Assembly (NCBI RefSeq): GCF_018350175.1
Contig: NC_058368.1
Span: forward strand, 139,750,001 to 139,814,000
Length of the DNA stretch: 64,000 nucleotides
Direction of reading: 5' to 3'
Origin: Felis catus
Lineage: Eukaryota
Shown: positions 52,883 to 64,000 of the stretch, one piece after another
How the letters are laid out: each line of letters begins with the position of its first letter
How positions within the stretch are numbered: position 1 is the stretch's first letter
Program-made: the position numbers and the translations under genes
Notes under the pieces: generated by a model
Seen by the model: the letters and a program-made list of their open reading frames with translations, nothing else
Databases searched by the model: none
What the model was told of the DNA's origin: nothing

Positions 52883-53489
52883 TAGGATAGGTCCCGTGTA
52901 CACGTCCACCTACCTTCCTCTTCCTACTCCTCCTAGAGCTGCCAAAGCAGTCAGCACAGACAGACCTGGCCCTGTACCCAGCTCCTCCATCACTCTGGCA
53001 GACGGCAGAACAGATGAGAAGTGTTGGTGTTGGTGGTGACCCTGGCGTCTGCACATGGGGAAGATGAGGAGTATTGAGGAAGCCGCTAAGTTCTTTTTTC
53101 CCCCTTTACTCTCTCATCCTGGTTGGGTGTAGACAGTATCCACCCTATTTTGTATTTAGAATGTATGCTTTCATTTTACTGCATTATGCTTGGCCTTTTT
53201 GGAGTGTATTTGGCCCAAGTGTATGTAGTAATGAGCCATGGAATATAATGCAATTTTACTGTACTTGTCTACATTCCTTTTCTTTTCATGTGTAGATATA
53301 TAATAATAACAGCTACCACCTGTTGAGTATTTATTGGTGTGCTAGGTACAAAGGAAAGCTATTTACTTACATTATTTCATTGAGAAGTTGAGGGCCTGGT
53401 GTATATGGTTTAACAAATCTTTGCTAAATGGATGGATTCTCCTGTTAATTCCCATAATAATCCTATACAGCAGGATTTTGCTTATTTTT

Positions 53490-53916
53490 AATTTTTTTAA
53501 TGTTTATTTATTTTTGAGAGAGAATGCAAATGGGGGAGGGGCAGAGAGAGAGGGAGACACAGAATCTGAAGCAGGCTCCAGCCTCCGTGCTGTCAGCACA
53601 GAACTTGACATGGGGCTCAAACTCACAAACTGTGAGATGATGACCTGAGCTGAAGTCGGACACTTAACTGGCTGAGCTGCCCAGGTGCCCTGGATTTTGC
53701 TTGTTTTTTTTTTTTTAATGTTTGTTTATTTTTGCAGGAGACAGAGACAGAGCGGGAGGGGGGGCAGACAGAGAGAGGGAGACACAGAATCTGAAACTGG
53801 CTCAAGACTCTGAGCTGTCAGCACAAAGCTGTATGTGAGGCTTGAACTCACAAACTCTGAGATCATGACCTGAGCCAAAGTCAGATGCTTAACCAACTGA
53901 GCGAGCCAGGTGCCGC
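53490..53916 (-). mobile_element. Tandem pair of Can-SINEs sharing one target site
   Basis: Three copies of g(g/a)attttgctt(a/g)ttttt flank and separate the two SINEs. Confidence 0.9.
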
Positions 53917-56900
53917 GAATTTTGCTTATTTTTAAAGGTGATGAATTTGAGGCTCAGAAAGGCTGAGTACCTCATCCATATCCCAGAGTTGGACAGTGAG
54001 AGTCAGAATTTGAATTCAGGTCTCGCTGACCTCAGTCACCATGCTGTCCTGTCTCTCTTCTCAGATGACTGTGGACATTCCTCCTGTGTCATGAACTGTT
54101 GTTTCCCTGGAATATCTTCTTCTAGGCCTTTTTCATAAGGGAGTATACCCTGTGAGATTGAAGTTTTGATTTCAAATGGGACCTCTTTTTCACTGTGCCT
54201 ACAATAGTCTCCATAAAAGTCTCTCCATAAATTAATCAGTAATACCTCATTTCACTTCTTGTAAAAAAGCGTTCACATTCTTGTCTGACTCCAGTCTTAA
54301 AAACAACAACAACAATGGTAATTTGTTCAAATGAAGTCTATAAGTTTCTTTTACTTCCTCTGAGTATGACTGAGCATCTGTACATTTACAGCTTGGAGGC
54401 AGACAGACATGGGCTGTGGTCTGGGCATGTATTAGTTACACGGTTTTAAGCAAGTTCTCTGACTGCTGAAAGCCTCAGTATCTACAAGGGATAATTGGGG
54501 AGGCAATACCTCTATGGTTTGATATAGAGTATTGACATTTCCTCAATTTTATGTAAAAAATGCCTGTGCCATTGAACTTCACTGTAAGCCATTCTACCAC
54601 CCTTTTCTAATCAGATATTACCCCTAAGCCATTCTTATGTAGCAGTATTGGAACAGCCACTGTTGAGACGTTTAAATGAGTTAATGACTATAAAACACTT
54701 AGCAAAGAGTCTGGTACCTGGTAAGTGCAAGTGCTCACTAAATGTAGTTGTTATAACAGTAATCATAGGGCAAAATGCATTGTCTGATTTCCTCAAAATC
54801 ATAATCATAGATAGCATCTAGTGTCACAGTGTGGACATCAGATCATTCTGGTTTGATTGATGCTAGGTAGGGATGTGACCTGCGGATGAATTCCACTCAA
54901 TTCCATTCAGCAGATATTTGGTATCTATGAGACACATGACGGTCTTCCTTTTCAGTGGGCTCCAGCTGCTTTGACAGGAGACAGCTGTGTATGGGAGGAT
55001 CCATAGGCTGAAGGGACTCAAAGACCAAAGCAGGTTTGTGGGGAGCCTTCACATCTGGAACTTCTGCTGGCCAGCAGCCCTCTTGCCCACCATCTCTGTA
55101 GCTGGCTCTGGGGTTGTCCTGTCCCACCCCTCTTCCTCCTCCTCTGTCTGGTGGGAAAAAGACTGGAGAGCCCTGGCAGTAAACTGTGCAGAATCACATG
55201 TCCAACTGAGAGATCTTTTTTAAAAATTTTTTAAATGTTTATTTATTTTTGAGAGAGAGAAAGACCGTGAGTGGGGATGGGGTAGAGAGAGAGGGAGACA
55301 GAATCCATATCAGGCTCCAGGCTCTAAGCTGTCAGCACAGAACCCACGAGCTGCAAGATCATGACCTGAGCTGAAGTCTGACACTCAATTGACTGAGCCA
55401 TCTAGGTGCCCCCCCCCCACTGAGAGATCTTAAAATTAAGATGGATTCAGAGACATATGAGGAATGAACAAATAAATACTCCACTGGCTCATTTGGGAGA
55501 AAGGAATCTCTGAATCCAATTTTAGTTTTAAAGAAACCAAATTTAGTTTTAAAGTGGATCAATGCAAAAGACAAAGTCTACTCTTTTTCTGAGATCTGTG
55601 AGTGGGGTTCAAGGATATTGGCAAAATCCAGTATGAACTGGGATCAGAAGCTCAGGATCTATTAATTCATCTTTGGATTTTCCATCTGTGTTTACTTAAA
55701 AGTATTGTGGAACTCATTGAATGCATTTGATAGAAAAAACTGCTTCACCCTCATAGTGGGCCCTCTTGCCTACTTTCTTATCGGCAGAATGTGATTGAGA
55801 GCCTGTTTACCTGACCAGTATTAGTAAGATTGTTTTCTCTAGCCCAGAGGGAACTCCAAAAGCTAACAAGGAAAGCCTTATAGGGAGGCGGTCTTTATTA
55901 ATAAAAGGGATGTCACTAGGCCCAGGAGAGTGTGGGTGGGGATGGGAGAGATGGAAGACATGGAAAATACTTTGAGGTTTCTTTCATGTCCATAGCTTGG
56001 GAAATCATGTGTCCTCTCCAGGGGAGAGAGAATAGAGCAGCCGGGAGAAGTTTTGGGTGAAGTAGTGTAGATGTTCTGAATCTACGTGTAAACTTCCATC
56101 TAGTGGTCGAAAATAAGCACTCAAAATGTTTGGAGTGGAGCAGGGACACAGAAAGGAATGGCTTTAGAGTATATGCATAGTTGTTGAATCTAAGAGTTTG
56201 GTGGTACAATGTAAGGTTGGTTTCAGCTGCATACTTAATGGGAACTTCCATTGGTTCAAATGAATATAGTAAGTCTTTAGAGGTCAAAATGCAAAGAAGC
56301 GTCCCATTTTGGAGTGTTGGGAATAATGAGCATGAGAGGATTTGAAAAGATAGATTTTCTTGTATGGACCTGAGGCCAATATTTAAGGGTTCCAGTGTGC
56401 AAGGGGAGAGCTCATCCTACCCACCCTAGGTCCATGACTGCATATTTAACACACTGCTCCTTCAGTAGTTTTTACTTCATGGCAACTTATTTTTCCCTCT
56501 CCAATCTCTAGTTATTAAGGAATCTCCTGGTGTTTTCCTTATGTTGGGGTTCTGTTGTGAGGGTCCCAGGATAAGGAGAGTTGCCATGGGGTGTAGACCT
56601 ACACGCAAGGCACTGGAGGACTTTGTGCTGGGTCCTCCCTGGCTTCCTCTCAGAGGCTCTCCAGGGCACCACCTCCAGGATCTCTATGGGCAAGAAGAGT
56701 CAGTTTGGACTTCAGGTGCCTATTGAATGGCTGTTTATGAAATCTTTGGTTAATTTGGTAACTTGTCAAATTTGATAATCCTGGTAGTAAACTTCAAAAT
56801 GAAAAATAATTTCAAAAACATTTTTAATGTTTATTTATTTGTTGAGAAAGAGAGAGACAGAGCATGAGAAGGTGGGGGTGGGGGTTGGAGAGAGAGAGGG

Positions 56901-59900
56901 AGCCACGAAATCCAAAGCAGGCTCCAGGCTCTGAGCTGTTGGTGCAGAGCCTGACGCGGGGCTTGAACTCATGGACGATGAGATCATGACTTGAGCCCAA
57001 GTCGGAAGCTTAACTGACAGACACCCAGGTGCCCCCAAAATAATCTCAAATTAACAATTTTAACCCCTTAGATTTTTTCACATGCAAACGATTTAAATGC
57101 ATTGAATTAAAACATGTTAGGTTAAATATACATTGTGTTAATAAAGGAAAAAGGAATTCTAGCCCCTTCTTATGCTCATTAATTAAGGAAGGCAATCAGC
57201 ATCCTGAGCTGGGAGGCATTGTGATTTGTCTTCAGCTTGGGGCTCTGACACCACTATTCCATTGCCCTGACTGAAAAATCTCCCTGCCTTGCAAGTGGGC
57301 AGGAGTCCTGTGAGGCTGCACTGCATAGAGGTCGACTTGAACATCATTTTAAAAGGATTGGATAGGTAAAAAATGAAATGAGACATGGTAAGAAACAGTA
57401 TTTAAACAGGAAAAAGACAAGTATTTTTAAAGTTCTTATTTTTCCTAATAACATGTACTAAGATGAGAGAAAAGATTTATATCTCATTTTACTGTCACTT
57501 CTTCCTTATTTATGCTGCCTTTTGATACATTTCTAAAATATAGATTACTTTAAATGCCCTTATTTTGTGTAATTTCACGTTCACATTTTTTTCCCCTTGA
57601 TAATCACATTTTTAAAGGGCATCCAAAGTTGAAAGTAATAGCTGTTTTCTTGGTGAGGAAAAATGTTTCAACTCTGATAACCTCCCATTTCTTCCCAGAC
57701 TAGGCTTTCTTTGTGGGTGGGTCCTCTGTCACTTTGTTTAGCCATTCAGAAATGCAAGCCTTTGTATTAGCCAAGGGTAAGAGTAAGGCCTTTTTAAAGT
57801 TCAACGGACCCCTGGTACTTCTAGTAGTATTCGTTCCCATACTACTAAATATGTATCTGTGAAACTTCTTTCTGCGATGAGTGATAAAAATCCAGTTTAA
57901 TCTAGATTAAGCAATTTATTTATTTATTCCTAACTAAAAAGTTGGAAGGTGTATCTGAATGGCTTCAGACACGGCTGAATCCAGCCCCCCTTTTTTTTGT
58001 TTTCTCCCTCTCCAACTCTCGATTGTCTCTGTTGGCATTATTGGTACTCTCCACAAGGTGGGAAAGATGGCTGCTAGCAGTTTCAAGATATTCTTGGGGA
58101 TATTCTTATGGATTTTTATTCATAAGAAAGAAAATTTCTCTCATTAAATGATCATATATAGGGTGCCTGGATGGCTCAGTCATTTAAGCGTCCTACTCTT
58201 GATTTCAGCTCAAGTTATGATCTCACAGTTCGTGAGTTCAAGGCCCATGTCAAGCTCAGTGCTGACAGCACAAAGCCTGCTTGGAATTCTCTCATTCCCT
58301 CTCTCTCTTTGCCCCTCTCCTGCTTGTGCATGCATGTGTACACACTCTCTCAAAATAAATAAACTTTAGGAAAAAAATAAATGTGCATATATAAATCTCA
58401 GAAACAACTCTCTTCAGCCCTGCTTGAATCATCTGCCTAATCCTGGACCAATCACTGTGACCAGCGTGGGTTAAAGTGATCACTTCATGTGGCGGGTGAA
58501 ACCTGGCAGTTGACAGCACTAAATGGATAAATGGTGTCTGTATAAGTGGGGAAGTTCTCAAAAGGAAAATGAACCTACCGTTACTAGAAGAAACATAGAC
58601 ATAAAAGCAGTAAATGTCTACTCTGGGACACAACACCCTCATGTATCATTTATGGTTTCTGTGGGTAAAGGGCTAATAAGACCCCTTTTGCTTCTGCCTG
58701 AGAATTTAATTTTTTTTTAATGTTTATTTATTTTTGAGATGGAGAGAGACAGAGCATGAACGGGGGAGGGTCAGAGAGAGGGAGACACAGAATCTGAAAC
58801 AGGCTCCAGGCTCTGAGCGGTCAGCACAGAGCCCGAAGCAGGGCTCGAACTCACGGACCGCGAGATCATGACCTGAGCTGAAGTCAGCCGCTTAACCGAC
58901 TGAGCCACCCAGGCGCCCCTTCTGCCTGAGAATTTAAACGTTAGTTAACTTTCTAGCTCTGTGTTACTGCAAACAAGATTAGCGTTGTTTATGATAAAAA
59001 TGACCCCTAATTGGCAAATTGCATCTGGACTTGGAGGAACTACAGATGCACTATCATCACTGGGGGGAAGCCATATTTTGGGTTTGGGCTTCCCTGACTG
59101 TAATGACTTATAACTAATGGAGCACATCCCTTGTGGGGATCTGGAAGCTATGCTTGGGGTATTTATTCCTGTGGGGCACCATCCTTCTAGACAGGGTGGC
59201 TCCAATGCCTGTCCACTGTAGATTTGTCACCTTGCAACTGAGCTATCCCCTGGGGGGCCAAAGGCAGCAGCTCCTGGACGACTCTGTAGGGACATGGTAT
59301 GAAGAGGAACGGCTGACCTTGGCCAGCTGTGGTTTGTGTCCTATATCTTCAGAGTAAAGTGGTGTCATATGTGGCCGGTGATAATTCCGTTATTCTGAAA
59401 TCTTTAATTGAAGCCAAAAAGACCCTCTGGTGGGCATTGAAGTCATTCTCATAAATCTTTGAGATAGGGCAGTTGCTTTAAGGAAGCCCTGCTAGTGAGG
59501 GGTGACAGCAGCTCAACTCCAACTACTTAAAGGGAAAAAAAAAAAGGAATTTATTGATCATTCAGTTAGACACTTTAGGCACAGGCAATTTTAGTTATGT
59601 CTGAATCCAGCAGCGCAAATGATGTCAACAGGGCTCTTGTCTCTTTTTCCATTTCCAGCTCTGCTCTCCACTGTGCTGGCTTTATTCTTAGGCAAATTGT
59701 CCTCATCAGGTAACAGGGAGGACTGCTGATGGCTTAGCTGCTGCTGATTCTAGACTACAAATAGAATGTGCAGAAAAATAATCCCACGGTTGACCCTGAT
59801 TGGCCTGGCGTGGCATGTGACCATACCTGAACCAAACAGTGTGACCAAGGGATATATTGTGGAAGAGGCAGGAGCCTGTAATTAACAGCTCCACAAAAAT

Positions 59901-61469
59901 AGGCCACAGGCCCTCTAGAGGAAAAGATGATAGGCAGGAAACATCACCAGTGCTCTTTTCTCCCATCCCAGTGCATTCATGAACTTAAAAGGCTGCCTTC
60001 TTCATTTCTTGTCACCTGTCTCCCCACCCACAAGCACACATTCATGCTGAGTTAAGTACTCCCGCGTGTCACCAGGGTTCAATTCCTATATTTCATTATC
60101 ATTGCTTGTTCATGTGTCCATTTTCCCTGTTGCACTCTGAGCTTCTTGAGGATGGGGCAGTGTATCTTTCATCCCAGCCACTCTATGGTTGAGCACAATA
60201 TCTGGCATATTCATAGATGCTCAGTAATTGTGGAATAAATTAATGAATAATTTATAAAGGTATGTGACTAAATGTTTTCATGTAGTGTATAATCATGTCT
60301 CTCACATCTCTTTTTGTCATTTTTTTATATGAACCTTTCTCTTTTGTCTCTATTTGCATATATTTGAATAACCTAGATTCAATAATTTTTGGTCTATCAT
60401 TTCCAAAATGTTGTTCATGGCTCAAGACTAAATTCTCTTCAATTAGGGGTCTAACTTGCTAACAGAAGACTGGGGGTCGAAGCAGTCTCTGTTCCTTCTC
60501 TTTGCCCTTCCTTAGTGACTTTATGAGAATGACAATGAGAGTCAGGCCTTCCAGCATAGAAACTTGGGGATGTAGGCCTCACTGGCAAACAGGTCTGGCT
60601 CAAGAATAATGAATTAGGTGAACTTTTTGGCACCATTTCGTTTCTCCAACTTCCATATATGTGTGAATGGAGAGCTCCATAGGGCTGATCCTCGTGGACA
60701 TTTTGTTTTGCCATTTATTATTTCAACATTTTTCCTTTTTTTCCCAGTTATGGGGGAGTCATGTGCTGTTATCTCAAGTTAACAGTCTCCATGATCTTTT
60801 GATTACCCTGCATTAGCAGATCAGATAACAAATCTCAGATTCAGATTCAGGAACCTTCTTATAAAGAGGCTTGTATCTTGTTTTTCACATTTCAGACATT
60901 TTTCTAAGCCTTTGGTTAATAACACAGCAAGCCAATTTGTGTTTTCTTTATTTTTTTAAAGTTTATTTATTTATTTAGAGAGAGAGGGAACACGTGTGAC
61001 CAGGGGAGGGGCAGAGAGAGAGGGAAAGAGAGAGAATCCCAAACAGGCTTTGTGCTGTCAGCACAGAGCCTGATAGGGGACTTGATCCCATGAACCATGA
61101 GATCATGATCCGAGTGGAAATCAAGAGTAGGTTATTTAACCGACTGAACTACCCAGGCACCCTCATGAGTGTTTTCTTTAAATGAAGAAAATACTTCTGT
61201 CTCCATTCCCCTCCCCCCCCCCCCAACTATCTTTTCTTCCTCCTTTAAAATATCTGGAGTTAGATAGGGCACCATCTGATGGGTGGCTCAGTTGGTTAAG
61301 TGTCCAACTTCAGCTCAGGTCATGGTCTCATGATTCATGGGTTCAAGCCTTATGTTGAGCTCTGTGCTGACGGCTTGGAGTCTGGAGCCTGCTTCGGATT
61401 CTGTGTCTCCCTCTCTCCCTCTTCCCTGCTTGTGCTCTGCCTCTCTCTGTTGTCTTGCTTATTCAATAA

Positions 61470-61655
<186 letters not shown>

Positions 61656-62212
61656 TGACAGCTGGTATATAGATTTGGTGATGGCATTTTGGTCAGGAAT
61701 AGACTTGTTCACTTGTTACTACAGTCAGAATAATGGAATATCCAGATGAAATGAACCCACTTTGGCAGTGGATCATCCAGATTGCCAGTTTTCACCCAAT
61801 AAATGTTTGTGAACTCAATAGATTACAGGGATTTTTTCCACTGTCAATTCCAGTGCTCTTTGTCCCTTGAGGTCTGCTGAAGAGTCAGTCTTACCTGACT
61901 GGGGAGGGAAACCCTGATAGACACCCATATCTATATTCACATCTTTGATTATTTTCTTAGGAGAAATTCATATGTATACATAGAATTGTGGGCTCAAAAG
62001 TTCTACACATTAAATTGTTTGGTATACATTGCTAAAACTATCTCCCAGAAATTTTTCACCAGTTTATCTTCACATAGGTTATGTGAATTGCTTTTATTGT
62101 TTCACCTTTTGCTAGCAAATTAGCAGCAAAGGTAGAATGAGGGGCATGGATGGTGTTTTCCCACTTGTTGGATCAACTATGTCTTTTCATTTGAAACTGT
62201 AAAAAATTATAA

Positions 62213-62482
<270 letters not shown>

Positions 62483-63504
62483 TAGGGATGGGCACAAGAC
62501 TCAAAAGTGGAAGGGTGGGAGGAATGGCTTTCATGGGAGGAAAACAAAGATGTTAGTGCCACAGAGTGTAAAATGTGATGTTACAAGATTCCTTCTTTTT
62601 TCTCTAAAGTATCCCAGCAAGTCATTTGTTAGTCCATTCATTTATTTACCCATTGACTCAAAAAATATTTGTTGAATATGTACTCTATTCTGGAGAGAGT
62701 ATGTATTCTTATTCTAGAAGTCTAAGGGCAAGAAGGGCATTCAAAAAGGTGGGAGCTGAGAGGGCCAAGGCATAGAGATACAGAAAGGCTGTGCTCACCA
62801 GGAGACCTTGGCTTTGACTTGAAGATAGTGGAGACCTTGAAGGGTGTTAAGCAGCAGAGAGGAATGAGCTCTGTGTTGGTTACAGGTCTGTGACTGTCCC
62901 AGTGGTTTGAAGTGGGGCCTTGGTGCCTGCAGAGGCTGGAGGTGGGGACCCCAGTCAGGTGACAGTGGAAATTGCTGAAGCAAGAACTATGGAAAACCTG
63001 TCACCAGGGCACTTACAAGGAGCAAATAGGATGAAGCAATAGGAGGAGGCAGAGGCCACAGGATTTGTGACCAGAATTAGGGAGAGAGAAGACTTTCTGA
63101 TACCTGACTCACTGGTTTGGACTACTGGGAGGGTGGGGTGCCCCCCCTACGCTGTGAGCACAGGGCAGAGTATGTGGGTGAAATCAGTAACAAGGGTTTT
63201 GAATGGGTTTGTGATGAGGCACCTGGGAGGGGGGCAGACATTCAGGTGGGGAGCAGTGGGGAGACAGAAACTATCTGGGGTTCAGTGGAGGGTAGGGAGA
63301 TAGAAACTGGGCATAAAGCTTACGTGGAGAAGTTGTGCCAGGGAGGCAGATCTGCTCTAGGTGGTCACTTTAAACCTTTGAGTCAATGATTTTTGGACTG
63401 GCTCTTTGGAAACTCAGGTGAGTGGAGTCCTCTTGGACTTCATAGTTTAACGTTCTGATAAATTCTAAACTTAATACCTCTCTGAGCAGTACTCTAAGAG
63501 GTAA

Positions 63505-63975
63505 TATAATCATTGAAGACATCGATGACTGTGAGGTATATCATTATTTTATGTAACACTAAGAAAAAAATAATGCTGCCAATTAAACAGTGACACAGAC
63601 AAGCAGCTTTTTTGTCCTTTAGAATAACTTATACTTATGGAAAGAGTTTCTTAGATGTTTACCTTAGATTTTTTATTATACACATATAAAGGAACAAATA
63701 AATAAGTTGGTTCGTAAACTTCACACTGAGCTTGATTCTTACTCAGTCTTGATGTCCTTGCTTTTTGAAACAAAATACAGTCCTCTGTGCCTTCAAAGGT
63801 GCTTGCAATGCAACATTTCTTTAAGGTTACCCTATATGGTTTCTGAGATTTAAGCCAACACCCATTCTGATTTCATACACATGACAGGCAGTGACAGCAT
63901 CACATATACTACCTGGTTGACTAAGATTGTGAGATGCATCCTGATCTCAGATAAAACAAGATGGGACTTAGTATT
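63505..63975. mobile_element. TcMar-Tc2 (MER104/Kanga-like) DNA transposon remnant
   Basis: cattattttatgtaacactaagaaa..tgctgccaattaaac and gattgtgagatgcatcctgat resemble recalled consensus ends. Confidence 0.55.
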
Positions 63976-64000
63976 GGTGGCTTTTGACCATAAAACTAGC

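Overview
Mammalian genomic DNA. It is most likely from a feliform carnivore, because the abundant tRNA-derived SINEs resemble felid Can-SINE/SINEC_Fc. Two + strand genes lie head-to-tail. The 3' part of POLK (Y-family DNA polymerase kappa) has 10 coding exons from 637 to the stop at 24218, with the SLDEAY catalytic motif, the RIR, two UBZ fingers and a C-terminal PIP box. The 5' part of ANKDD1B has a CpG-island first exon at 30265 and 7 coding exons up to 62464, then continues past the window. All reconstructed exons have GT-AG junctions and join in frame. The rest is intron/intergenic DNA rich in SINEs, L1, L2, MIR, LTR and DNA-transposon fossils, plus an RPL23A processed pseudogene and a 37-nt U2 snRNA retro-fragment. 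I found no evidence of a new gene system. The most unusual structure is a perfect 320-bp inverted duplication of non-SINE sequence (48033-48352 vs 49542-49861) joined at the heads of two different, oppositely oriented SINEs. It is either a recent template-switch rearrangement or an assembly artefact. Repeat family names are from recall and repeat boundaries are approximate.
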